64,000 bases of DNA from an uncultured Poribacteria bacterium (lineage in GTDB: Bacteria > Poribacteria > WGA-4E > WGA-3G), in contig OX638351.1 of assembly GCA_951813565.1 (NCBI GenBank), forward strand, positions 863,389 through 927,388. The letters run 5' to 3'. The position numbers and the translations under genes are program-made. Under the pieces are notes generated by a model. That model saw nothing but the letters and a program-made list of their open reading frames with translations, was not told where the DNA came from and ran no database searches. Positions 29,245 to 38,944 of the stretch are shown piece after piece (the first letter of the stretch is position 1; the number at the start of each line of letters is the position of its first letter).

Positions 29245-30009
29245 TTAGGCAGCACCGTTTCCGTCGGTTTGACCGTCGCCCATGCCGTCGGTTTGACCAT
29301 CACCCATGCCGTCGGTTTGACTGTCGCCCATACCGTCGGTTTGACCGTCGCCCATGCCGTCGGTTTGACCGTCGCCCATGCCGTCAGTTCCACCGTCCAT
29401 ACCGGTTCCACCATCATCAGTCATAGAGAGCGACACGAAAACGCTATAATTACCCTCACCAGCTTTTACGTGACATCCATGGCACCCACCGGCCATTTCT
29501 ACGGTGAGTTGGTTAGGCATCATCAATTCTTCCGCTGAGGCCACAGGCATACCGGTTACACCATACATCCAACCACCATGATCTGCGTACATCGGATCGT
29601 CAGTTTTCGTCATCGTTGAGATCTGCGCGACAAATGTGTTGGTAGGATCCATAGATTCCTTAATGATCATAGATCCTGCAGGATAAGCTGTCCCTGCATT
29701 GTTCGCCATAGCAGCGGCTTCGTTGAAATAGACGGTCCGGGTACCCGTGCCGTGAGCACCACCGCTCTCCGAGGGTTTGGTTACTTCGGTTGGCGGTACT
29801 GGGAGAGCAACACTCGCCCACGACTTGTGTGCATCCATATCCATCACCATTTCCATCATACTTGTCATGTCCTCGGCATCCATCATCCCCGGTTCCATCA
29901 TTTCCGTATCCGACATCACAGGTTTTAATACATCCTTCGTGCGTTCACAAGCTACAAAAGCCATACAACCGATTAAGACAGCAATTAGGGCTATCTGAAA
30001 TTTTAGCAT
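29245..30009 (-). CDS. Cytochrome P460/c'-beta-like lipoprotein with an acidic repeat tail
   Basis: Lipobox FVAC, YPAGSMIIKE, MTK...GGWMY, CHGCH near the C-terminus. Confidence 0.7.
   Translation of the reverse strand: MLKFQIALIAVLIGCMAFVACERTKDVLKPVMSDTEMMEPGMMDAEDMTSMMEMVMDMDAHKSWASVALPVPPTEVTKPSESGGAHGTGTRTVYFNEAAAMANNAGTAYPAGSMIIKESMDPTNTFVAQISTMTKTDDPMYADHGGWMYGVTGMPVASAEELMMPNQLTVEMAGGCHGCHVKAGEGNYSVFVSLSMTDDGGTGMDGGTDGMGDGQTDGMGDGQTDGMGDSQTDGMGDGQTDGMGDGQTDGNGAA
29261..29385 (-). repeat. 24-bp coding tandem repeat (about 5 copies, DGMGDGQT)
   Basis: CCGTCGGTTTGACCGTCGCCCATG units start at 29261, 29285, 29309, 29333 and 29357. Confidence 0.9.
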
Positions 30010-30249
30010 TATAATGCTCCTTATCTATAGAATTCTAAAGTAAATTTTAAGAAGAGTTACAAATCTATTCGTGAGGTTTCAAATGATAAGCTGTTCACAT
30101 TAGTTAGTTACTCTTCAGGTTCATGTACTACATAACCTTTTTTAATGATACCATATTTCATTTTATTTTTCAAGAAATTTAATAACACTTTAGCATAAGT
30201 AATTTGAGAAACCACAGCAAAACAGAATAATTCTATACAGATTCAAGAT

Positions 30250-31860
30250 CTACTTGCTATTAGTCTTTAGAATTTCCGAACGAACCTTTAGAATATAAGG
30301 ATGCTTTGGTGCTTGTGAAAGAGCTTTTTTAATTTCACGCTGTGCTTCAGAAGTTCGTTTGAGACGGTAATAAACAAAAGCGAGTGTTGCAATATGTGTT
30401 GGTCGTCTATCAATCGCTACAACAGATTCGGCAAGGTTAAGTGCTTCTGAAAGAGATCTGTTCTCTGTTGCAAGTAGGTATGCTAACGCATCTTTTGGAA
30501 ACGGGATATCTGGAGCAAGTTTTATTGCATGACGGAAATCTGTTTCTGCCTTGTTAGACTCACCAAGTTTTTGGTAAATCTGTCCGCGCCACCAATATCC
30601 TGGTGCCCACGCTGGCTCATGTTGAATACCCATCGTAAACGCATTCTCGGCACCCCGCAGATCACCTGATGCCTCGCGAAGATTTGCAAGCTGAGAATAA
30701 GTATCCATAAAGTCTGGTTCATGTTTGATAAGCGCGAGGAAATGTGCTTCAGCATCGATCCAATTTCTAAGTTTTGCCTCTATCATGCCCAAATGTAGCA
30801 ATGTCTGACGAGATGTCGGTTCTAACTTAAGCACACGTCGATATGTCTGTTTAGCGGATGCTAATTCGTCCATCTGCATCTGAACGTAAGCGTAATCTTT
30901 CAATGCAGGAATGTATGTCGCATCCGTTTCAAGTGCTTTCTTTAGCAGTGCTATTGCTTGCTGTCCCTGCTGTTTTTCAATATACCGATGTGCCTGTCGA
31001 CGATAAACTTCTGCTAATGCTTGTCGATGCCGAGAACGTGCAGCGTTGGCTTCTTCTGTATTGCCGAGTTGATCAAGAACATCTGTGAGTGATTTGTGAA
31101 ATATCGGTTCGTGTGGCGTTTCTTGGATAGCCTGTTCATAAAAACGTTGCGCAACAACGAGTTCACCGCGTTTTGCTGCAACTTCGCCCCTCCCGAAGGC
31201 AGCACTTGCAAGCGTCTTATCTAACGTTAGTGCCTCCCGAAAAACAGCATCAGCCTCATCAATACGGTTGAGTTTGAGCAGCACATGTCCAAGATTGTTG
31301 TAGGCAGCCGTTGTATCTGGGTAAAGTTGCACTGCAACGATATAGTATCGCCGTGCTTGTTCCAAGTTGCCACGTTCGGTTTCAATCTGTCCCAAAGCGA
31401 CATACCATGTGACAGAGGTGTTTTCACCTGCACCTTTGATGGCTTCCTGAAACAACACATCAGCTTCATCAAGTTGTTTATTGCGATGATAAGCAGTTGC
31501 AAGTTTCGCTTGCACAGTCGGTTCAAAAGCAAAACGTTTAACTTGTGGAAACTCCGAAATCAGTTGCAATGCACGTTGAAATGCCGTAATTGCGCTTGGA
31601 TAATCCCCTAACTTCGCGGAGGCATCACCTTCACCAATATACGCAATCGGGAGTTTAGGCGCATTTTTGGTAAGTGCCTGATACAGACGAAGTGCTTCAC
31701 CGAACCTCTCTTCTTGAAAAGCACGTTGTGCAATTTCTAACTGCTCCCGGGCCTTTTCAGGGTAGGTAGATATATCCCACGATAAAACATCGCCAAACAC
31801 TGATACAGTAAATATCAAAAAAAGGGAACAGATAACTGTTCGGTGCTGTGCCAAATTCAT
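30250..31860 (-). CDS. Secreted TPR repeat protein
   Basis: N-terminal signal and many TPRs (AYNNLGHVLLKLNRIDEA). Confidence 0.85.
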   Translation of the reverse strand: MNLAQHRTVICSLFLIFTVSVFGDVLSWDISTYPEKAREQLEIAQRAFQEERFGEALRLYQALTKNAPKLPIAYIGEGDASAKLGDYPSAITAFQRALQLISEFPQVKRFAFEPTVQAKLATAYHRNKQLDEADVLFQEAIKGAGENTSVTWYVALGQIETERGNLEQARRYYIVAVQLYPDTTAAYNNLGHVLLKLNRIDEADAVFREALTLDKTLASAAFGRGEVAAKRGELVVAQRFYEQAIQETPHEPIFHKSLTDVLDQLGNTEEANAARSRHRQALAEVYRRQAHRYIEKQQGQQAIALLKKALETDATYIPALKDYAYVQMQMDELASAKQTYRRVLKLEPTSRQTLLHLGMIEAKLRNWIDAEAHFLALIKHEPDFMDTYSQLANLREASGDLRGAENAFTMGIQHEPAWAPGYWWRGQIYQKLGESNKAETDFRHAIKLAPDIPFPKDALAYLLATENRSLSEALNLAESVVAIDRRPTHIATLAFVYYRLKRTSEAQREIKKALSQAPKHPYILKVRSEILKTNSK

Positions 31861-31864
31861 CAGA

Positions 31865-32872
31865 TTATTTTGTCGGTTGAATTTTTATTCCTGAAACACG
31901 TTTAAGTGCATCTTCTAAGATATACCAAGGTTCATCTGCTTTTTGCCTTGCTAACCATTCCTTAAACGCTGTTTCTGCCTTATTATGGCGAATCAGATCG
32001 GCAACTTGGTCTTTTACTTCCGAATACTGTTTTTGACGTTCAGGTGCTTTCTTAACAAGTTCAACAATCCTAAACCCCTCTGGAACAGGAATCGGTCCTT
32101 TCCGTTCGGAAGGCTCCAATTGCGCGACAATTGCTCCCAATGATGTATCTGTCGTCAATGTTAGCGAATTAAAGCTTATAGATTTCTCTGTTTTGGAACT
32201 TTGCTTAACTGTCTCATAAGTTTCACCTTGCAGTAGACGTGAATTGATATGTTCTGCCAGACGTTTAGCGGCTTGTTTTTCTTTTTTTGAACTATCTGGC
32301 GCCACGACTACAAGTGCGGATCGAAACGTAACCGTTGCAGGTGCAACAAACTGTGCTTTGTTTGCTTCAAAGTATTGCGGTGCTAACTCATCAATTTCTT
32401 TGCTGTCGACGGTTCTAACAAACTGACGCGTAAAATATTCAGAGTATATTATATCATCGGATACCCACTTCTCTAACGTTTCAATTTCTAATTCTTGTTC
32501 TCGTAGCACGTTTCTGAACGTCGCATCGGAAGGGAATTTGGAACGTATCGCTGCGATCTGTTCAGCAACCTGCTTTTTGTGGTCAACAGCCGTAATTCCG
32601 ATCTTCTCAGCCCCTTGCAATACAAATCTGCGACTGATAATCCGGTCTAAATACGCCTGTTTTTCTGCCTCAGTCGGTTCACGCGAAAGTGGTTTACCCA
32701 AAATAGCATCAATCCGAAATTCGTTTGTAAGTTCGCTTTGGGTAATTGGTTGTCCATTAACAACGGCAATCACAGAGTCTATAAGGGTTTGTGCGTCCGC
32801 ATTCCCGATAAACAGGAAGAGTAGAAAGACAATGTATTGTGCTATGTTTGAAAGGTGTTTTGGTATGTTCAT
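31865..32872 (-). CDS. SurA/PpiC-type peptidyl-prolyl isomerase chaperone
   Basis: IDSVIAVVNGQPITQSE, GPIPVPEGFRIV, YSEVKDQV. Confidence 0.8.
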   Translation of the reverse strand: MNIPKHLSNIAQYIVFLLFLFIGNADAQTLIDSVIAVVNGQPITQSELTNEFRIDAILGKPLSREPTEAEKQAYLDRIISRRFVLQGAEKIGITAVDHKKQVAEQIAAIRSKFPSDATFRNVLREQELEIETLEKWVSDDIIYSEYFTRQFVRTVDSKEIDELAPQYFEANKAQFVAPATVTFRSALVVVAPDSSKKEKQAAKRLAEHINSRLLQGETYETVKQSSKTEKSISFNSLTLTTDTSLGAIVAQLEPSERKGPIPVPEGFRIVELVKKAPERQKQYSEVKDQVADLIRHNKAETAFKEWLARQKADEPWYILEDALKRVSGIKIQPTK

Positions 32873-33009
32873 GGCTTGATATAATAGCGTAATTTGAGGT
32901 TTAATTCAAGGAATTTTGTTAGGTGTGGGCACTTAAAGATTGATTGAATTTGTTTGCTGAATGTGTTATCATTATTCTCAAGAAATCCGAATTGTGCGGG
33001 AGAAAAGTG

Positions 33010-34659
33010 ATGCAAGGACTTGTTAACGCCTCTTACAACTCCAGTTTTGTTTACGCTAATAGTCCGCAGGCTCGTAAACAAGATAGTACCGAGGCATACA
33101 ATAACCAAGGCGCTGATCATGATCAAGGACCTGTTAATGCCTCTTATGACTCCAATTTTATTTATGCTAATAATACACCGTCTCGTAAACAGGATAGTGC
33201 TGAGGCATACAATGATCAAGGCATTGATCATGCCAAAAACGGTGAGTACGATCTTGCCATCACCTACTTCAACAAGGCGATAGAACAGGATCCGGGTCAT
33301 GTGCGATCCTATTGTAATCGTGGAGTTACTTACTATTGCAAAGGTGAACATGAAAAGGCAATTAAAGACTTTAACAAGGCTATTAAACTAACTCTAGTTT
33401 CGGAAACTCCTAATGATTCACGTCATTGGATAATTTATAATAATCGCGGTGCTGCTTACGGCAGTAGGGATGAACATGTGAAAGCTATTAAAGATTTCAC
33501 AAAGGCAATTGAACTAAATTCACGCGATGCTGGTGCCCACAACAATCGTGGACTTGTTTATGGGAACGTACTTGATTTTGATCGGGCAATCGAGGATTAT
33601 AACATAGCAATAGAACTAAACCCAAAATATTCTGAAACATATAACAATCGTGGTATAGCTTATTATTACAAAGGTGAATATGATCGAGCAATAATAGATT
33701 ATGACAAAGCAATAGAACTGAATCCAGATCATGTTTTAGCCTATAACAATCGTGGACTTGCTTATAATCTAAATGGCAAACCTGACTGTGCAATAGAAGA
33801 CTTTGACAAGGTAATAAGACGAAAGCCTGACTATGCTGAGGCATATTACAATCGCGGGGCTATCTATGGCAATAAAGGTGAAGTTGATCTTGCCATTAGA
33901 GACTCAAGTAAAGCGATAGAACTCAATCCTGGTCATACTGAAGCATATTACAATCGCGGCGGGGCGTACCTCACTAAAGGCCTTGTTGACAAGGCAATCA
34001 CAGACTTTACCACAACAATAAAACTCAAACCTAATGATGGCTGTGCTTATAATTATCGCGGAGTTGCATATTTCAACAAAGGTAATTTAAGCCAAGCTAT
34101 TGAAGACTTTGCCAAAGCGATAGAACTCAACCCAGATTTTGCTGAGACATACCACTACCGCGGTAAGGCATATTATGTCAAAGGGGATTTGGAAAAGGCT
34201 ATCGTGGACTATACCCAAATGCTTGTTCTGAAGCCAAAGGTTGCCGAATCCTACTACATACGGGGTGAGGCGTACTTGCGCGCGAAGCAGTGGGAAGAAG
34301 CGAAAAGAGACCTTACTGCTGCCATCCTCCAAGATGTGGATATTCGTGAGGTATTCCTTAACACACACGAAAGTTTTGATGCTTTTGAGAAGAAAACGGG
34401 GACTAAACTGCCGGAAGACATAGGGCATCTGCTATCTTCGAATCCAGAGTCTTTTGAAATTGATAAAGATGCGCGTATAGCATTGGCAATGAAGTATTAT
34501 GAAAATGAAGAACTCAGCAGTGGACTCGCTGCACGACTTGCCGGTGTGTCACGCGAAAAATTTTGGTATCTGATGGGGGATTATGGGCTTTCTCTTTTTG
34601 GTACAGCTGAAGATCTGAAAGAGGAGCTTGAGAATGCCCGTAAAGCCAATCATCAGTAA
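33010..34659 (+). CDS. TPR-array protein with a C-terminal UPF0175 (COG2886)-like domain
   Basis: About 11-12 TPRs (AYNNRG...AI.D...AIELNP). C-terminus ALAMKYYENEELSSGLAARLAGVSREKF. Confidence 0.8.
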   Translation: MQGLVNASYNSSFVYANSPQARKQDSTEAYNNQGADHDQGPVNASYDSNFIYANNTPSRKQDSAEAYNDQGIDHAKNGEYDLAITYFNKAIEQDPGHVRSYCNRGVTYYCKGEHEKAIKDFNKAIKLTLVSETPNDSRHWIIYNNRGAAYGSRDEHVKAIKDFTKAIELNSRDAGAHNNRGLVYGNVLDFDRAIEDYNIAIELNPKYSETYNNRGIAYYYKGEYDRAIIDYDKAIELNPDHVLAYNNRGLAYNLNGKPDCAIEDFDKVIRRKPDYAEAYYNRGAIYGNKGEVDLAIRDSSKAIELNPGHTEAYYNRGGAYLTKGLVDKAITDFTTTIKLKPNDGCAYNYRGVAYFNKGNLSQAIEDFAKAIELNPDFAETYHYRGKAYYVKGDLEKAIVDYTQMLVLKPKVAESYYIRGEAYLRAKQWEEAKRDLTAAILQDVDIREVFLNTHESFDAFEKKTGTKLPEDIGHLLSSNPESFEIDKDARIALAMKYYENEELSSGLAARLAGVSREKFWYLMGDYGLSLFGTAEDLKEELENARKANHQ

Positions 34660-35122
34660 TAATAGTCCCCTCGTTTCGCTCTGGGGACTTAACCTTCTTT
34701 CTCTGTTTCGGGATCTCTACACAGAAGTGTGGATACCACGAGAAGTTGAAAGGGAATTTCTTGGAACGAAAAAAGAAGATCGCCAACAAGCACTCAATGA
34801 TGCTCCATGGATTAAAACTGTTGATTTAACGGATCCGCAAAACGCAGCGGTTTATCAGGGACTTGATGATGGTGAAGCCGAGGTACTGGCTCTTGCTAAA
34901 GAACATAATACACGGTTTGTTCTGCTTGATGAGAAGAAGGCACGGCAGGAGGCTAAAAGAATCGGACTCATTGTGAAGGGAACGGTAGGTATTTTGTTGG
35001 AGGCAAAGAAAAAGGGTTTGATCCATATGATCAAACCACTTATAATAGCGTTGGAGAATAATGGGATGCATCTGAGCAAACCGTTGATTGATTTAGTGTT
35101 ACGAGAAGCAGGTGAGGCATAA
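34634..35122 (+). CDS. DUF3368 PIN-domain protein (VapC-like)
   Basis: IISNNSPL, IPREV, LDDGEAEVLALA, LLDEKKAR, GTVGIL. ATG 34634 follows GAGGAG and overlaps the upstream gene by 26 nt. Confidence 0.85.
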   Translation: MPVKPIISNNSPLVSLWGLNLLSLFRDLYTEVWIPREVEREFLGTKKEDRQQALNDAPWIKTVDLTDPQNAAVYQGLDDGEAEVLALAKEHNTRFVLLDEKKARQEAKRIGLIVKGTVGILLEAKKKGLIHMIKPLIIALENNGMHLSKPLIDLVLREAGEA

Positions 35123-35214
35123 TAGAGATCAAACTGGAGACCATTACTAATGGTTATGGGATGCGTAATTGGAAAGTCGCGACCGGGAGGTCGCTCCTAC
35201 AGAAGAGTTACCTT

Positions 35215-36445
35215 TTATTCCACCAATCCAATCACACCGCAACCAATACGAGAACCGCCACCCGGTCTAACCCCTAACGCTTTTAGCACAGAGACAATCC
35301 ACTCGCCAAACGCTGCATCGTCCCCTTGGAAGTAACCTAATACCCACGCAGTCGTCCGATCATCCAGAAAACTGGTAAGCAGAACGTTATAACCAGCCAT
35401 GTCAGCAGGATTTTCTAAGTCTATTCCCGAAGCGATATAGAGATGCGTTAACCGTTTCTGCATCTCCTGTTCAAAATCTGCAGGTGTTCCAGTAGGAAAA
35501 GTCTGCTTATATTGATTTGTAAAGAAATCAGGGTCTACGGGCAATCCTATAGATATAAAGAATTCTTGGTAGGCAGCTAAATTTTTAGGATCAATTTCCA
35601 AAAATGCTTGATACGTTTGAGACCCCTTAATCGGAATTGCAAATAAAATTTCCGGATTTGCTAACTGTGTCAGGACTTAAAAAACACTTAAGCAGTAGTT
35701 CCAGTAAATCATGGCTATGCGGACTCACCGCTTGACCGGGAAGATGATGATCCGCTTCCAAATCTATCTGCTGACCAAGCATTGCCAGTGTGCAAGCGTG
35801 AGTGGTTTGTGCCATCTCTGTTCCCGGCTGCATTTGTCCAATATTATGGGAATGTGTGCCTGTGTCAGCGTGAGGATTTATTTGGAAGGTATCACCTGTT
35901 TCATGGATAAGTATCAGTTTACCAAGAATATCGGTGCTTGGGTCGCCGCCAACAGACCAGAAAGGTGTTGTAAACTCTAAAACACCTATGCCATCTGTGC
36001 CAACCGAAATGTTGCCAATTTCACCCACACCGATAGGCGGTGTGCCCAGTGTCGCTTCGGCAACAGACACACCGACTGTCCCCGCTTGAACATCCATAGG
36101 ATGCCAGTGCGGTCCCACGTCGTCACAACCGCTACCGATATGAAGATGTGCTGCGTGCAAGCCAGAGACAGCATCCTCAATCTCAATCACGACATGAACA
36201 CCGCTGTCAGTCTCCGTGAACATGGCTGTTCCAGTCAAATCACTTCCGTCTATTGCAGATATGGTAGCAACTGCGACTTTATCGCCGGGTTCGGCAGTGA
36301 TAACCTCTGTCGGAATCCTTTCGCAACCAATAACTAACCATGTTGTCAAAATGAGAACGAATAATAAAACACAGGTATAAGATTTAACAATTGGTAAATT
36401 GTTTTTGTAGGAGGGGTTTGAAACCCCAATTTGTAGGAATAGCAT
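35215..36445 (-). pseudogene. Cu/Zn-SOD-family lipoprotein split by a +1 frameshift (35627-35676), with a large insertion
   Basis: Upstream ORF has HAAHLH, C..VGPHW, GEIGN and LIHE. Downstream ORF ends GGGSRIGCGVIG, the SOD C-terminal signature. The true start is uncertain. Confidence 0.75.
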
Positions 36446-36556
36446 TGCACCTGTTCAAATATTGCAGTCTGAAAATCGAAATATGCGGTGATGATTATAC
36501 GGACATGTCTCATATTTGTCCCATAGTCATCACCACAAATCTGAAAATGATTCTGT

Positions 36557-37429
36557 TTACGCAATCAAATTATTCGCAGCACGAACAGGTCTAAAAAGCG
36601 TCTGCCGTTTAGGTGGCATTTCTTCCAACAACTTCGGATGTGGATTCCAATCGTGCCACTTGCTATTCACAGTATTATAGCAACTGAAAATTGCCAACCT
36701 GTCGTTCTCCTCGTTTGTCCAGCGGTGTGTGCTGTGTGTCAACGCCTCTGTGAAAAATAGTAATGACCCTGCAGGACATTCGTAAGTATCCCAAATCGGA
36801 GAATCTGGGGTCCGAATACTATCAGGTGCGGTATAGACTGCCTTATGGCTTCCCGTAATAAATAAGGTGCCTCCCTGTCTGTATTTGACAGAATTGAGTT
36901 CCCAAACGATACGAGTCAAACCGCTGTAGGCTCTTCCTGGAATACACCGATAGAGGTGTGAATCACCGGGAAAACGGAGCATACCGTTGCCGTTGTGTGG
37001 TCCAAAGTTGCCATCTCCGACAGTACGGTAGAATAGGCTACACGATTCCATTCGAAAGCCGTAGCATTCTTGGCTTGAAAGTGCTGGATGCGCGAGAAAT
37101 TCGTTCAGAAATCCGACAACATTAGGATGATCGGATAATTTTTCCATCGGTCCACCGAGAGGTGAACGTTCATGTTCCGGAATAGACTCCGGTTCATGAC
37201 GAAGACGAAGGCAGAACTCCTGCATCTCTTCAAGTTCATCACCTGCCAACACGCCGGGGACTAATAGCCAACCGCGCATGTCAAACAGATATTTCTGTTC
37301 CTGCGTAGGTGGCACAACAGGCGTACCGTCGGAGGTAGTTTGTGGGAGTTCGGCATTGTCTACATCAAGTGCCGCGCCCAAGTTTTTATCAACGATAAAA
37401 GGCTTTGTATAGTTTGTTGCTTGTTCCAT
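36557..37429 (-). CDS. PhyH-family oxygenase with H-x-G motif
   Basis: QKYLFDMRGW, GPHNG, FITGSHK, FFTEALTHS. Confidence 0.8.
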   Translation of the reverse strand: MEQATNYTKPFIVDKNLGAALDVDNAELPQTTSDGTPVVPPTQEQKYLFDMRGWLLVPGVLAGDELEEMQEFCLRLRHEPESIPEHERSPLGGPMEKLSDHPNVVGFLNEFLAHPALSSQECYGFRMESCSLFYRTVGDGNFGPHNGNGMLRFPGDSHLYRCIPGRAYSGLTRIVWELNSVKYRQGGTLFITGSHKAVYTAPDSIRTPDSPIWDTYECPAGSLLFFTEALTHSTHRWTNEENDRLAIFSCYNTVNSKWHDWNPHPKLLEEMPPKRQTLFRPVRAANNLIA

Positions 37430-37453
37430 AATAATATTTCCTAATTTACTTGT

Positions 37454-38653
37454 TTATGTCATCGCTTTCGCGCGTTTCAACGCATCTTCAGAAACATTCA
37501 GTGTTTTAGCGATGTCTTCATCAGTATGTGAAATGGACATGAACCAGATGTGTCCCTCCGGTAGATATAATCCACCATCTAACGTCGCTTCATAGAATGC
37601 TTTACGAAACTGACTCTGCTTTTCACCCTCAGCGTTCAAACCGAAAAAAGGCATTGGGCCAATTCCACCGATACGTGCTTGGTCAATACCTAACCGGTCT
37701 GTCATCTCCTTATAGCCATCTAACAATTTTTGCCCTTGTTTCCACATAAATGCCACACCGTCTTTTGCCTCCAATTCCGCAATTGTAGCAATAGCAGCGG
37801 CAACAAGTGAGACTTCTCCGTGGAAGGTTGCGGCGACCCATACGCCAGCAACTTCATCCATAATTTCCTGTTTGCCGACTACAACAGCAGTCGCGAATCC
37901 ATTAGCCAACGCCTTTCCAAAAACCGACATATCAGGTGTCACACCGAAATACTCCTGCGCGCCACCTAAAGCATATCGGAATCCAGTTTTAACTTCATCA
38001 AAAATTAACAAAGCATCGTTAGAATTCACAACGGATTTCACGTTTTCCAAATATCCTTCTGCAGGTAGGTCGTGCCCGGAGGGTTCCATAATCAAACACG
38101 CTATTTCTCTGGGATGTTCCTTAAAAAGGTCTTCAAGTGCATCTATATCGTTAAAACTTACACTTAGTGTCGATTCAGCACTACCCGGCAGGTGTCCACG
38201 AGAATTGTGACACCAATCGTGCCAACCGTGGTATCCGCAACGAATTATCTTCTCTTTTTCCGTATATGCGCGGGCAAACTTAATTGCCCCAGTAGTCGCA
38301 TCGGAACCACCGACAAAGTAAGCCACTCTATCTGCAGACGGAATAATCTCAACCAGTTTCTCTGCGAGTTCTATCTCTAATGTATGCCCGACATTATAGA
38401 CATTGCCGCGTTCCAATGCCTTGGCGACTGCCTCTATTACAGTAGGATAGGCATGTCCGAGAATCATCGGTCCATATCCCATCAAGTAGTCAATATAGTC
38501 GTTTCCATCGGCATCCCAAAAATGTGCGCCTTTTCCGCCAGCAACCATAATCGGCTGCGGAGGATTGCTCTGTTTATGTGGTTGTCCACCACCTAACAAC
38601 GCAGCCTTCGCCCGTTCTCGCCACGCCAACGATTTTTCAAAACTTCTTCCCAT
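37454..38653 (-). CDS. Class III aminotransferase (GSA aminomutase-like)
   Basis: WDADGNDYIDY, LGHA, GYHGW, FDEVKTGFR, FGKALANG. Start moved to 38653. Confidence 0.88.
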   Translation of the reverse strand: MGRSFEKSLAWRERAKAALLGGGQPHKQSNPPQPIMVAGGKGAHFWDADGNDYIDYLMGYGPMILGHAYPTVIEAVAKALERGNVYNVGHTLEIELAEKLVEIIPSADRVAYFVGGSDATTGAIKFARAYTEKEKIIRCGYHGWHDWCHNSRGHLPGSAESTLSVSFNDIDALEDLFKEHPREIACLIMEPSGHDLPAEGYLENVKSVVNSNDALLIFDEVKTGFRYALGGAQEYFGVTPDMSVFGKALANGFATAVVVGKQEIMDEVAGVWVAATFHGEVSLVAAAIATIAELEAKDGVAFMWKQGQKLLDGYKEMTDRLGIDQARIGGIGPMPFFGLNAEGEKQSQFRKAFYEATLDGGLYLPEGHIWFMSISHTDEDIAKTLNVSEDALKRAKAMT

Positions 38654-38944
38654 ATTACACACCTCTACGCAATTTGATAGATAGTATACCATAACTTGCG
38701 TCAATTTGAGCATTTTTTGTTGTAAATCGTGCAAATTAATGACATACTATTCCAATTAAAGTCGTGGGAAAGTTATAATGAAGTATAAAAATATGTAGAC
38801 ATTTTGGTTTGGAGCGTTTGTAGTCGCGCAATTCATTGCGCCTCTTATCTTCTTGTAGGAGCGAGCTCCAGCTCGCGACTTTACAGCTCAAACGAGGAAA
38901 AACTAAATGTTCCTATGATACCGAAACCTTTGGAGGAGATGAAA

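Noticed and set aside
29261-29385. CRISPR or non-coding repeat
   Set aside because: The 24-bp period is in frame inside the cytochrome gene, with synonymous variation.
35215-35601. Independent 128-aa hypothetical gene
   Set aside because: It ends in the SOD C-terminal signature and its frame is open upstream to 35676, so it is the second half of the SOD.
35677-35686. Programmed -1 frameshift at T-TTT-TTA in the SOD gene
   Set aside because: The -1 frame hits TGA within three codons. The downstream half lies in the +1 frame, which opens only after this site.
38804-38944. Upstream extensions of ORFs (38804, 6933, 23287, 27824, 58634)
   Set aside because: They run through REP/IS or promoter DNA, or overlap the adjacent gene. 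Downstream ATGs with an RBS or a family-typical N-terminus fit better.
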